DNA of 64,000 nt from Callorhinchus milii (taxonomy: Eukaryota): contig NW_024704743.1 of NCBI RefSeq assembly GCF_018977255.1, positions 112,966,001 through 113,030,000 on the forward strand, read 5' to 3'. Shown in pieces: positions 49,473 to 62,599 of this stretch. How positions within the stretch are numbered: the first letter of the stretch is position 1; every line of letters begins with the position of its first letter. The notes below the pieces were generated by a model. The model saw only the letters and a program-made list of their open reading frames with translations. It was not told the DNA's origin and did no database searches. The position numbers and the translations under genes are program-made.

Positions 49473-51234
49473 AATTTTGCACCCTGAAAGCAATAAATGG
49501 TACACCATGTGACTACTCTGCTGTTGGGATCAGTTGATATTGATGGGCATACTGGAATATTATGACAACAGTGCTCAGTAGAGATGGGAAATAAAATTAT
49601 TTACAGCCAATGGGGGAAAACTAGGAGCAACAGACTAAATGTTGGATGCCAGCCCCCTATGTAACTAACTTTAAAACCATGACAGCAAAAACAGATTGGA
49701 AATGTGGGCGATTTTTTGTTTTTTGTAAAAGGTTGATCAGCAAGTGGAACAAGCTGTAAGCACAATGAACTATACAAGGTTTCAAAAAAGGAATTTCTAG
49801 AAATTAAAATATTTCAGGGTGATTAGATGAAGTCATACATGTGTCATTAATTTTTTTTGGCGAGTATGTCAGATAGATGGATCAATGTCTACTCCTGCCT
49901 GAAACCGTTAGTATGTTACTATTATGAATTCATGTTATTGTATTGATCACCTGTGTGATCTGGAGAATATGTTACATGCTTCTTGATCCAAGGATGAACC
50001 AATGCACTGCTCTGCATTATGGTAGGACACAGGTTCTTGATTTTGGCCTTTTGTGCATCCCCACAGGGAGAGAGAATTTGTAGCACAAGTCTCCCCAGGC
50101 CTTACTCGTAGAGTTTCTGCAGGTGGGTACAATCTGGCAATGGTAGATTTTCTGTAAGCCTTCATTTAGCGGGTGTAATGGCGGGAGTGGGGAGGTCAGG
50201 AATCCCACATGCGTGATAACATTGAGTCTAGAACTACATCTCCCTACTGCTCTCAATACTCCAATCTTTCGCTTTTCATTGTAGTTCCTCACTTTCAGAT
50301 CATTATGTACAATGGAAATTGAAGAGCGACCCTTGTTTCCATGCATGCATGCAGACAACTTTGACAAATGTTTTAATTCTTTATGCTCAGATTATGTCAG
50401 AACTAAATACTTGCTTCCTCACTATTGGAAAAAGGATTCAGAGATGAGATGCCTCATCCTTATTCCTGAAAGGAATCTTGTAACATCTGAGAATTGAGAT
50501 TATTTTAAATGTTTTAGAGGCAACAAATCATGGAATACAAGTTTTAAGGTGACTGTGACAAATAGGCAAAATTGCTGGTGGTAAGGGGAGAGAGGAGAAC
50601 AATTACTGGAAATGATGGGATTTGTTAAAATAAAAGCCCAGATCTTTTAGATAGTGTCATGCCTTTACAGGATACTTTCACAAATTATCCTTGTCTGTGT
50701 TGCTTCTTTGAAATTAGATTTTCTTAAAACCAGTTTTAGCTGTTAGGACTTTGGGTAGAAACAAAAATATTTCTATGAAAAAAATTTACATCTGAATAAA
50801 AGTGGGTTATTGATCATGACATCAAGATGTTGCTGTGTAAAAATAATCAGCATAGATTTTATTACTTAGCCTGTAATATTTTTTCATTGAAAAAAACATA
50901 ATATTTAGCATTTCATAAATCTATAAAAGCATACCATTATAAAAGTTGATCCAACACTGGTATTTTCCCTCAGAGCTTAGAATATTATGTTTGCAAATTT
51001 TTCTCCTCTCCTAAAAATATTTAAACACTTTTTACTTTCACTGATGTAGTTCCATTGGTGCTGTTTTGGCACCTCACCCAAGTGAATATGTTAGCTCTAA
51101 ACAGTGAGTTTGCCAGGTTATGTGGTCTCTGGGTATCACAGATAAGCCTATACTGACCCAATATACACAAACTTTGAAACTAGGGGGTTCTGGATAAACT
51201 TACCTGAAGTTTTCCCCTTCCTGAAACAACAGCA

Positions 51235-51520
51235 GCAAATTATTTAATTAATTAAAATGCCTTTCACGTCGGGAGGATGTCCCAAGGCGCTGGACATTCA
51301 GGGACCTGACCAGAGGGTTGGGATCGGGGTGGTGGAGAGAAGGGAGGGTAAGTGTAGGAGGATGGCTAAGTGCATGGTTAAAGAGGAGAGTCTTGTGACG
51401 TACTTTGAAGGAGGCGAGGGAGGGAGCAAGACAAAGGGACTGGGGGATGGAGTTTCAAAGGGCGGGGGCAGAGAAGCTGAAGATCCAGCCGCCGATGGTG
51501 GGGCGGGCTGGGCTGTGCTG
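51235..51520 (-). mobile_element. L2 3'-end fragment
   Basis: gcctttcacgtcgggaggatgtcccaaggcgctggaca is the reverse complement of the L2 3' stem-loop. Confidence 0.75.
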
Positions 51521-54500
51521 GGGAAAATATACATATTGTTTATATAGTTCAGGGATTCTTGAAGTTATTTCAATTTGGCCAGCTAAACCTAAATTGAAAC
51601 ACAATTTCAGCCAAACTCCACAATTTTGCTCACAAATGTATTGGGTCTATTAACTCCCTTTACAGTTATAAAAGGATTCACTGCTTCAGGTTCAATACCT
51701 CTTTCCCTGTCTCCCAAAACATGGAACAAATGCTGAGCGAGCTCCATAGAGTAGACTTAACATTCTGCAATCTCCCAAAATAAATGTTTAGACTTTTGCT
51801 TAGCTTGTCTGTTAGTTTACTATGCTTCTTACTGACATGATAAAGTCAACCTATAGTTGGTGGGGTGGAATTCCCTGAAACTTATCTTTAGTATAAAATG
51901 TACAGTATTTATTAAAGACACTAAAGTACACCGAAGGAATACTTCAGGTTTGCTATCCAATCAGTCATTAAATTAATAGAATATACATCAAAGTTCAATG
52001 AATTTCTTTCGCTTTCTAATTAAAATTATTAATATAATTTGGGTTAACTATGCTTTTCCTCCTTTCTCAATGTATCTGTCATGAAATTTAATCCACTGCC
52101 AACTCTCAAAGCACAGTGCCTTTCACCATAAACACTGACTGCATGGTGGGATATTCCTTAAATAGTGTATGGGGTTTTTGGTCAGCAGAAACCACTGTTA
52201 TGCTTAAGAGTATCCAAACCAGACTGAGAGTTCCAAATATATATGCTGCCTACGCATGAGCCCTAGTGGATAGCGGGTAACAGGAATTCCCTGTGAGCTT
52301 CCTGGTGACCAGCACATTGCTACTTTCTTCTGCCCTCAGCTCGGACACATATTCCTTTCCATTGAGCGACGATTCTACCAGTCATAGATGAGGAGCTTGA
52401 TCAGCAACTGCTTACCTCTCTACATACCAACCGAGGACACCAAGCCCTGGTTATATGTGTTCACAAACCTGGACTCCAGCGAACCCCTACCAGCAGTTAT
52501 TGTCCCAAGCCTCAGAGTTTCCTCAGCAGCTATTCAACAGCTATCTGCCTTCAGTGCAATGGGAGGGCCTATACAGACTTATTATTCTGGGTTAAGAAAA
52601 GAGTGACCCCAGCTTGATGCATCCATGAGGGAGAAGGGAATAAAGAATAGGAGGGGTAGACTCTTGTGCATAAACATTGGCTAAAAGCATAAACTAGTTG
52701 GACTGAATGGCCTGTTTCTGTGCTGTATAATTCTGTATAATTTTATGGAGAGGGAACTTTTATCTTACTTGATCACTAGTGATATGCCCTGTATGGGGAA
52801 TGAAATGAGAAAATTTCAAATGTCACAATTTTAGTGTATATACAATATGAGTGAAAGCAATGAGGCCAATTCTTGAAAATGTGCATTGGGAAAGAGGTAA
52901 CACAGTACTAATGCCAATATATATTTAGATTTAAAACTGGAAGTTACAAGAAATCCATTGGAATTCCTAAAATTTTGAGTAACACACGTGGACTGTTCCT
53001 TTTAGTTTGATCAATAATTTTAACACATCTAATAATGTCCACATTTTATTTTTATAAGTATGAGGGATTCGTGTTTTAGACATGTGTACGGACACCTGAT
53101 GTGATTGTTTTTTAACTTTATATTTTATTTTTTCCCCCACTGTTTAGGTCTTCCACCGCTGTCTCCGGCCACCCCACTTCCTCCCTCACTTGGTGGGAGG
53201 GTGAGATTCTCTGGGTCAAAGGCTGTTTCACGGCTGCCATCAATGCTGCTCTGTGATTGGCCGATAGGCGAACTTCCACAGGGTGAGACTGTCCTGTCAG
53301 TTTTCCTCCATATTTCACTCTTTTTTTCCTACCTCCTGACAAGGATGACACGGAGCTCACCGAACATTTAGTTCTGCCCATTTTATGGCCTTCACCAATA
53401 CTAATTTCTAGTCAACTGGTGGGAGTGATGAAATAAAATTGGAATTTAAATCACAAGTGACTTATTTATTTTGATTATGCTCTTCTATTAGCTTAACGAC
53501 TTATAAGCCTGGGACGCCTGGATCTAATTATTAGTCAATGCTAGGATTTGAACCTCAATCTCCTTATTGTGTAATGCAACTTGAGTCAATACACCTAATT
53601 TGTTTCTGTGAAAACAAATGCTAGTTGTAGTCCTAAGAATGTGTCAAGCGTTGCTGTAAAGGGGAACCTACTGCAAGAGGACTGGAAATGTTCCATTTTG
53701 AACATCTGCATCACCTGCTGACCAGCTTGGTGTAACGAGAATCTTCAATGCCCTTTGTGCTCCAGGATGCCTTTTCTCTCCACTTTTGGATATGCCTGAT
53801 AATGATTGCTACATATTTGTCAAAATATACCGTATTTTCTCTTAGTACTTAGGTCCTGCTCAATTTGTATTTTTTTGTACTCTCACTTTTAGTGACATTT
53901 TCTTCATATGAAAGTCACAGTTATTATTTGCTTTAAGTTTATCAAGTAAAACTGGACTTTTGCATGTGTAAAGAGATAAAGCTGTTCCGTTAATATAATA
54001 GAAGTTTTGTTACAATCCATCAGTGGTAAAATGGATGTTTGTGCATTCCTTCTATTTATTAGCACAGAAATGGAAATAAGTGGAATGCGGAACTCATAAT
54101 TTAAGAAAAAGCTTGATAATATAATGGGAGAACAATAGGTGGGTATTCTGGAAAAATGGGATCAAATGGACCAAAGGGCCTTCTTCATTTGCACCTTGTT
54201 TGTGGTCTTGTGAAGATGCTTCCCTGAATTAAGGATTTTTAGAAACTAAAGAAATTCAACTGGCATATTTATATGAGTAGATTGTCTCCAATCTCAAATC
54301 ATTATTTTCCAGTGTACCCAGTCCCAAAATGATCAGTGGGATTGCACAGTATGGCAATAATTGGTTCTTGGGTGATCAAATGGCACGTTACTGCCAACTT
54401 TGATCTACACACCTACATTTTAATGATTTTCTTTGCTTGATAGGAATAAATTAACTAAAACACACAGTCTCCTGTTGAAGGCTTCTTTCTTTTGCTCTCC

Positions 54501-54661
54501 GAATCGTGTGAACTTTAAAAAACACAAAGTGAACCCTTTGTTCACACCAGTACTATAGAATATATTTGAGTAGAACACTATTCAGCCGAATGGTGGTAAT
54601 TGTACTAACTATGAAACTATCAGGAAAAAAATTAGAGCATGTTATACCTTTTTTTATATAG

Positions 54662-54713
54662 AGTCACAAGTGACAGAGATGAAGTTGGCAGACTCTTCAT
54701 GTTTTGTAAGAGG
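54662..54713 (+). CDS. C8orf89-like gene, putative exon 2 (52 nt)
   Basis: cctttttttatatag|AG TCA CAA GTG ACA GAG ATG AAG...AGA GG|gtaagt. Strong splice sites; phase 1 in, phase 2 out; internal ATG at 54679. Confidence 0.6.
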
Positions 54714-55061
54714 GTAAGTATTACAATGGAAACATTTCAAAGTACCTTTTTAACTGAACAACGCATTCAACATCTAAGTGTGATGTTTATTAGGGACATG
54801 GTGACAATCTACTTAACTATGTGGGGGAGAAGGTTTGCAACAATCTATAAATGGTAAAATGGATGCTTGTGCATTTCTTCTATTTAGTACCACAACATTG
54901 AAAGAAGTGAATTCATCAGATTTGCCGTGTAGTGCCAAATATTATAAATAGATCTGTGCTGTCAATGTATACAAGCTTTTTTCAAGCCCTTTTATTTCAC
55001 ACAAACCTCCAGTTTTCAAGTTATTTTTATGCAACTTATATTAATAATTTATATACAACTG

Positions 55062-56185
55062 ATAACTCCTTCCTCTCCCTTCACAAATCGGGTTTCCGTG
55101 CCGCCCACAGCACAGAAACAGTTTGGTCAAAATGACAAATTACATTTTGTCCATCTGTGACCAAAACTTCCTCTGCCTCCTCGTCCTCCTTGACCTCTCT
55201 GTTGCCTTCGATACCGCTAACCACTTTATCCTCCTCCATCTCCTCTCTCACCTCAACCTTCATGGTTCTGTCCGTGAATGATCAGATCCTATCTCTCACA
55301 TGCTCTCCACTTCATCTCCACAGACAACTCCTTCTCTAGCCCCCGCACCGTCTCATGCGGAGTTCCTCAGTCCATCATCTGCAGACATGGGGTCAATTTC
55401 CAAACGAATGCGGATGACACACGATTCTACCTCTCTGCCTCCATCCTTGACTACAGGACCACTGATGTTCTGACAGAATGTCTGTCAGACATCAAGTCCT
55501 GGATGAGAGCCAACTTTCTACAGATGAACGTCAACAAGAACGAGGTTCTCTTGATTGGCTCCAGTCAGGACATCCACACCTCAGGCATTGATAGCATCAC
55601 CATCCAAAGGATGCACACTCCACTTTACTAAGCCAGTCCAGATCCTTGACGTCTTGTTCGAGCCTCAACTATCCTTTCTACTCCATATCCGTGCCATGTC
55701 CCGCCTCTGCCTTCCATACCTCCGCAACATCGCCCGGCTCCGCCACTGTCTCACATTGCAGGCTGCCAAAACCCTCATACCTGCATTTCATAACATCCTA
55801 AGCAAATTCACTGCTTGTCAGCCTCCCCAACTCCTCCCACCATAGGTTGCAAATCATCCAGAACTCTGCAGCCTGTATCCTCTCCCGCACCAGGCTCCCC
55901 CATCCTCGCCCGAATCCACTGGCTTCCCATCACACAGAGGACACAGTTCAAGATCACCTTCAAAGCCCTTGCTCCCCCCTACCTCTGCAACCTCCTAACC
56001 CCCTACCAATCTGTCTGCCCCCTCCCATCAGCGGGCTCCAGCCATTGGTGGCCGGGCCTTCTGCCACTCTGCCCCTACCCTCTGGAACTCCATCCCACAG
56101 TCCCTTCTCCTCGCCCCCTCCCTTGCCTCCTTCAAGACCCATCTCAAGACCCTCCTCTTCAACCGTGCCTTCAAACACCCGCCTT
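55062..56185 (+). mobile_element. L2 LINE with degenerate RT domain
   Basis: SGFRAAHSTET, CGVPQ, ADDTRFYLS and LSDIKSWMRANFLQMNVNKNEVLLIG motifs, with frameshifts. Confidence 0.88.
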
Positions 56186-56431
56186 TCATTGGTCACTCTT
56201 GACCACTGGAATTTTGATGTTTTCATACTTTCCTTCTATCTTGAGGAAGATACTACATTGGTAGTGCAATGTGGAGGATTTTGAGAAGGGAAAAAATAGT
56301 AAAGATTACCCATAATTAAGTTATTCATTCATCAAATATGAAAACTTCCTCCAAACACAAAGTGCCATCCCCTCCTATGCCAGGTAATTAACATTTGTGT
56401 TAATAAAACAGGTGTTTGCTTCATTTTCCAG

Positions 56432-56571
56432 TTTGAAAGAAGAGCAAGAATGGAGAAGGCAAAGCTCTAAGGATGAATGTATTTATCGAACGTTATCTGA
56501 AGATCTCTCAGATGCTCGGTTTCCATTTGACTGGAACAGAAAAAATGGTGTGATACTTGGTGGAGATAAGG
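56432..56571 (+). CDS. C8orf89-like gene, exon 3 (140 nt)
   Basis: ttcattttccag|T TTG AAA... = LKEEQEWRRQSSKDECIYRTLSEDLSDARFPFDWNRKNGVILGGDK|gtaaaa. FPFDWNRK resembles FLFESSWRK of mammalian C8orf89 (from memory). Phase 2/1. Confidence 0.65.
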
Positions 56572-59391
56572 GTAAAATCAAAGTTAACATTTAAACCAAT
56601 TATATTCTGTTTGCAATACATCTTTCCAGTTTTTTAAAATCTAGGTTTGTTTGCTAATCCTTGTAAAGTTCTATATAGAATTCCCCCAAAAGATAAGTAA
56701 TTTGGTCACTCAATCCACGACTGCTTGTGGGATACCACTGTGCGCAATAGCTGCTGCATTTTGCCCACAAAACACACAGTCACTACACTTTACAGTATAT
56801 TCTGTGAAGCGTTTTGAGACGTCTTGAAGACGCGATAAGGCGCTATATCAAACGCAAGGATTTATAATGTTAGGTGTTGCTAAATTTGACCAATTTGTGC
56901 ACTTTAGCTGAGAGACTTATTTTGAAGTATCTGTTCACATTTTCTCTCCTGAGCTCCAGTTTGTGTGACGTTATAGATTTTCTACCATGTTAAACATTAA
57001 ATATTACGATGCAGCCCTATTATAAATTCCTTCTATGTAGTACAAATTGGTTATAATGTATTTGCACTGTGTATCCCTCCACACCGCTTGCATGCCAGCC
57101 CACATACCTATGAACCAATCTTATTATAATAATCTTTACATTAGATATAATGCATAATCAAGTTATTGAGATATCTCGTAGTACTACACAAAATTTTACT
57201 ATTAAGTCCGGTGACTATGTATTGTAGGCAAAGGCAGCAGCTAATTTGTTCATAGCATTGTCTCAAAAATAGCGTGACCTCTTGTCGAGATGTCTTGGAT
57301 TACTGTCTCAAAGTTAACTCAGTTTGGTCACAAATCCTCTTATTTTACTAACTAATTCTAAAGTGGGATTTTCATCTTTTGTCACACAATTTCCCTAATC
57401 TTTCATGTTGCTAATCTGTTTGCTTTCCAATCTGCAACATTGGATTCGGGCAGTAGAGGGTAGTATAGCATCAACCTGATTCATTTCCCGAATTTGAAAG
57501 ATGTCATTTGAAAGTTCAACTTGTTATTTTTGATCATTTGAACAAAGTATTTTACACATTATATGTATAGCGAAAAGGGCGGCCGTAGTTGACCAAGCAA
57601 TGCGAAACTTGCCAGACAGTGTTTTCATTGGCAAGCTGTGCGTTTCTTGGTGGTTAAATTCCAGCAGCACCCCAACAGCCAAACCTAGGTTGTATTATTT
57701 TTAGAGAAAGAGTGTGCAATCCATTGCAAACAGAATTTGTATACATATATGGAAATCTCAAGTTTGGTTTGGATACTCAAATATGGTGCTGGGTTTCTGC
57801 TTTTCAGACAACTGATGATTAAAAACATTCTGTCTGAATATAACTCTTGTGGTATTCTTGCTATTTAACAGTACATAAATTTGGATGCAAGGACAAAAAA
57901 CAAGTTGTATATTTATGTCAGTGAAGTTCACTTGTTTCATTATTGTGCTACTAAATAGCTGACCAAATAAGCCTGGTCTGGTTTCTGCTCTCTGGTCTCT
58001 TGTTTGTCCCTCATTCCCTGTCTCGCCATCACTAGTCAAAGCGGCTCTCTGGAACTTTCTCCTAAAAAGCCTTCATCTTACGCCTGCTCTTCCTGCTTTA
58101 AAAAAACTCTTTTTAAAAAAACGTTTCTAGTTAATCTATCTCTGGCCTCCAGTTAACACCTTTAAATTCTTCTTCCTCTCTTCCCTGCTTGATGCTCCCA
58201 ATCATCTCTGTGAAGTGCTTCAAGATGTTCATCCTACATGAAAGGTGCTATGTAAGTGCAAGTTGTTGGTGCAATCTCACCTTCTTCCGTTGAAGTTACT
58301 TGGGGCAAGTGGCTTAGCCCATTTGATCTCATTCTTCCAGAATACCTATCCTATTGTTTTCCCATTACAGCATCAGGCTGTTTGTCAAAAGAGTCAAGCA
58401 CCCTGACCAGTGATTAATTATCCTCTGTGTAAAGGAAAATGCTTCCTTGAGTCTGTCCTGAATTGTCCTGCAAAAATGCTGAACCTGCTTTGAAAGTATT
58501 GTTCTCAGTCAGTGCCATTTTATGCACCACTGGAAGAGAGTGAGATTTATGGTATGCCACGGTCCAATTATTTACTTCAATAAATTTATAACTTTTTTTT
58601 ACAAAATTGCTCCATTTTAAACGGTACTGTTTAGTTTAACTGGACACATTCTTTTAACAATTTTGAACAGTTTCCCCAACCTTTATAAAAAGTTACACTG
58701 GAGAATTTCTATGAACGATGCTCAACCTATTTATAATTTATCTCTAAAAATGTGTTAAATATTTATTTGTGCACTTAATTTTATATACAGTGCCAGACTT
58801 CAAAATACAGTTTCTCATAGCAAGAGATGGTGATATTGAGCAACATAACACATAAACTACCTCACAGAAATGAGCTACAAAAATAACCAGTTTGCCAAAA
58901 ATCAATAAATAATTTGGAAAGTGAAATTGTTTCTCTTGATCAGCAACATGAAAACAAATAATTTCCACCTTTATTCACACCAGTCATCATGCACTTCCTG
59001 CTTTTGTGGTTGCTTATACATTGGGATTTTATCGCTCGGGAACAAATACAGTAGTTTATGCTGCCATAGCTCGAATAAAGCTAACGTGAATTTGAGGTAC
59101 TCAAAGACTTGCTTTTGGCTCAACTTTACCATGTGTATATATTTTTATAATGCAGATTCATGTGGATTGTCAGCTGTATTATAAACTTCGCTTCTTGCAG
59201 TGATTTGTGTACGTTAGTGAAGTTTAAAAATTATCCTGTGGCTCTTTGTGTTTGTGTGTATGTAAAAACGACTGCTGAGTGTTTATTTTTCTCAGATTGG
59301 TGGATTTATTTTGTTGACCAAACAACATCTAGAAATTACAGTGTATATACTTACCAATTTAATGTACCAAGACCTTTTCTTTTGTTTGCAG

Positions 59392-59542
59392 TTTTTGCCT
59401 CTGAGCTGAAACGATGCGATGAAAAAGGTAGAATACCAGTAAGGACGCAACCACGTGGAATTTATGGGTTTAAAGCTAAAAATATTCATCGATTATTTAG
59501 CAAAGAATCCACATATGCTACATCGGAAACATTGACTTTGAG
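59392..59542 (+). CDS. C8orf89-like gene, exon 4 (151 nt)
   Basis: cttttcttttgtttgcag|(V)FASELKRCDEKGRIPVRTQPRGIYGFKAKNIHRLFSKESTYATSETLTL|gtaagg; phase 1/2. An in-frame alternative acceptor exists at 59296. Confidence 0.7.
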
Positions 59543-60837
59543 GTAAGGGAAGGTTTCTATTTTAAAAGCAATTTTCTTTTCTTACCATCAACCTATTTTT
59601 TCGAGTGTATGTTAGGTGTTCCTTTCCTTTCCACACACTATTTTATAATGAAGACAGTATTTTGTACTGAAGAGTTCAGGTTGTGGGTTCAAGCCCCAAG
59701 TCAAAACTCATAAGCTAAACTGGCACCAGCCATGCTGGGGTAAGCTGTATTTTGAGGTGCCATTGTTGGGTGAGATGTTAAACTGAGGCGTTGTCGACCT
59801 ATTCAGGTGGACACAAAGGTTCTATGACACTATCTGAAAGCAGGCAGTTTCTCCCAGTGTTCTCGCCAACAGTCCCCCAAATGGTTGGACTAATGAAATC
59901 AGAGGCATGCCAGCGAGAAATAAAGTTGGCTTTAGTCTTGTTGATATTCTGCAGCAGAAAGTTATGTACAGAAGAGGAGCAGACTTTGAATCAAGTGGGT
60001 TGGTGGAGCAGTAATGTTTGGTATCATGAGCTAACTAATGAGAGAGAATCATGTGAATATGAATGATTTTGCCAAAGATAGCACGTAAAAGAAGAGTGGA
60101 CAAAGTAGAGAGCCCTGAGGTAAATGTGGAAAATTACATTTACATTGGTGGTCCTTTGATACTGGCATGACATTTCAGAAGTTTGTGTACATTTTACCTC
60201 AGCAAGGCTCCTGCTTCATTAGTGGGGCCCATGATTTGAGAACCACTGGCATACATGAATGTTAATTTATTTTTCTTTACCTAGTGGGGTACAAGTTTAA
60301 AAATAAAATTATCACTACTTTGATATTACAGACCTGGGATTGGAGAAGGCTTGACCTGTATGGCAGCAAGTTTATTTCCTTCTACCTCAGCTCATAACGA
60401 TAGAGAACCATTCCACATTCATGGAGAAAAGTTGTGGTATGATTTATTGTAGTATAGTACCTTAGATGGCTTTTAAAGAGAAAAAATAACATTTCTGCTA
60501 GAAATAAATTCTGCTAGAAGACTTGGGGTTGCTCATGTAAGGCCCTGCCTTGTTGGGGGGTAAACATTTAAAGGTCCATTAATAAGAGATCAAATTTAAC
60601 ACTTTGAAAGGAATGGATTAACCAAGCTCAGCTTGATAATAATTTAATGCATTTATAAAAGGCAGCTGTGTTCTGGTGATTTAATAGACTTTTGGAGGAA
60701 ATAACAGAATGTGTATTCCTCAATTGGAGCAAGCTTAGAGGAAGAATAATCCACAGAACCATTACCAAGTGGGATTCCACTGGCAAGGCGTATTTTCTTT
60801 TCATTGGATGGGAAGTGTCTACAATGAATCTACTTTT

Positions 60838-61446
60838 ACTGTCTTAAACCACAGGCCGCTGGGATCCTCATACACGCATTCATAACATCCAAGCTTGACT
60901 ATGCAAACTCCCTGCTTGTCGGCCTCTCCAACTCCTCCCTCCATAGGCTGTGGATCATCCAAAACTCTGCAACCCGCGTCCTCTCCTGCACCAGGCTCCG
61001 TGATCCTATCAACCCCATCCTCGCCCGACTCTACTGGCTTCCCATCACATAGAGGATACAGTTCAAGATCCTGGTCCTCACCTTCAAAGCCCACCATGGC
61101 CTTGCTCCCCCCTACCTCTGCGACTTCCTAACCCCTACCGTCGTGCGTGCTCCCTCCACTCAGCAGGCTCCAGCTTGCTTCACGTCCCCCAACTCGCCCG
61201 CCCCACCATTGGCAGTGGTCCTTCAGCCACTCAACTCCATTCCTCAGGCCCTCCGCCCCGGCCCTCTCTTACCTCCTTCAAGACCTTCCTCTTCGACCAT
61301 GGCTTTGATCACACTGTTTCCTCCCTGCCCTCCACTCTCCCCAATCCTGACCCCCAGCTCGGGACTGAAACACTGATTGTCCAGCGCCTTGGGATGTCCT
61401 CCCAATGTGAAAGGCGCTATACAAATGTAATTATGCATTTGTTGTT
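60838..61446 (+). mobile_element. L2 LINE 3' portion
   Basis: Colinear with 38500-39130. Confidence 0.85.
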
Positions 61447-61686
61447 TTAAAGTCCACTGGTTACATTTAAAATTGTTTCAAGAATTAATTAAATGATAGA
61501 ATTCATAGAAGTTACTCAGCAGCTTTTCATTTAACTTGAGAGAACGTGCATAAACTTTCTCATTACTGCTCGTTGAAAAGTTTATATAATTGATGGTAAT
61601 CATTAATTTCAAGACACTACTGTTTTAGCTGATTTAATTTTTCTCTTTAGCTGTGCATAATTTCAATGTTTATTTTCCTCACTTAG

Positions 61687-61736
61687 CCCGAAGATGCATA
61701 ATGGATTCTACACCATACTATCACCTCATCACAAAC
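61687..61736 (+). CDS. C8orf89-like gene, exon 5 (50 nt)
   Basis: ttttcctcacttag|(S)PKMHNGFYTILSPHHK|gtaagc. Phase 2/1 exactly bridges exons 4 and 6. Confidence 0.7.
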
Positions 61737-62465
61737 GTAAGCCAAACATCAAATGATGTATTGATATAATGCATGATGTGGTGATATTTCAATTTAAGAC
61801 CTCCATTAATTGTATTTAATACCTTCTATCATTTTTTAACTTGCAGCTAAAAAATTCACCCAAACCTTAAAACCAATCAGACCACATCTCTCCCCCCACC
61901 CCAAAAAGGAGCAACTTCTTCCAATGCTCCCTCCCCCTTAATTCTTTGAATGGCAACAACAACAAATTGCATTTATATAGCACATTTCACATTGGAAGGA
62001 CATCCCAAGGCGTTGGAGAGCTGTAGGTCAGCCTGAGTTTATACCATATTGAGATTAAGTTTTCACTATTTATCCTGTCAAAACCTTTCAGTATTTTCAA
62101 GATATCTTTAGGTTTTCCCTCTTAACCTTTGCTGTTTCATTCTAAAAACTTTTCTCCTAACTTGATCACAAATATTTGCCTTATCAACCTTGGGATAGTT
62201 AAATTATCCCATTATTACAGCCTTATTATTGTCAGTTGCCTGCTAATCCCATCCTTTCTTTCTCAAGATTTCAGTCATTCAGAATATATGCAGATCTTTT
62301 ATTTATTAACTGAAACCAGACTCCCATTTGAACACTACCTTCCAAATATTTTTCCATTCCTGCCTTAATTACACTGCTAAGTGTCAGTGCAGCTAAATTA
62401 TACAAGTCTTCTCAGAATTTGTGCTCAATGAACTGATTAATTTATACTCGTTTTTGTTTATGCAG

Positions 62466-62599
62466 CATTTGCCTACCACGACTCCATCAATGGGGCACCA
62501 TATGCATTCATACATAGACTGAGGGAAATATCTGGCTTAGAAGCAGATACTATACGTCAAGAAAAGTTACAAAAACTGAAGAAAAGACCAGAAAACTGA
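62466..62599 (+). CDS. C8orf89: C8orf89-like gene, last coding exon
   Basis: tgcag|(P)FAYHDSINGAPYAFIHRLREISGLEADTIRQEKLQKLKKRPEN*. Matches the C8orf89 C-terminal motif D-x-x-x-GAP-x-x-[YF]-x-x-RL-x-x-I-x-x-LE-x-DTIRQE as I recall it. Syntenic with RPL7/RDH10. AATAAA at 62794-62799. Confidence 0.85.

Noticed and set aside
50299..50497. Extra exon for the C8orf89-like gene (tttcag acceptor, ORF MEIEERPLFP...)
   Set aside because: No convincing donor or homology, and the exon chain is phase-consistent without it.
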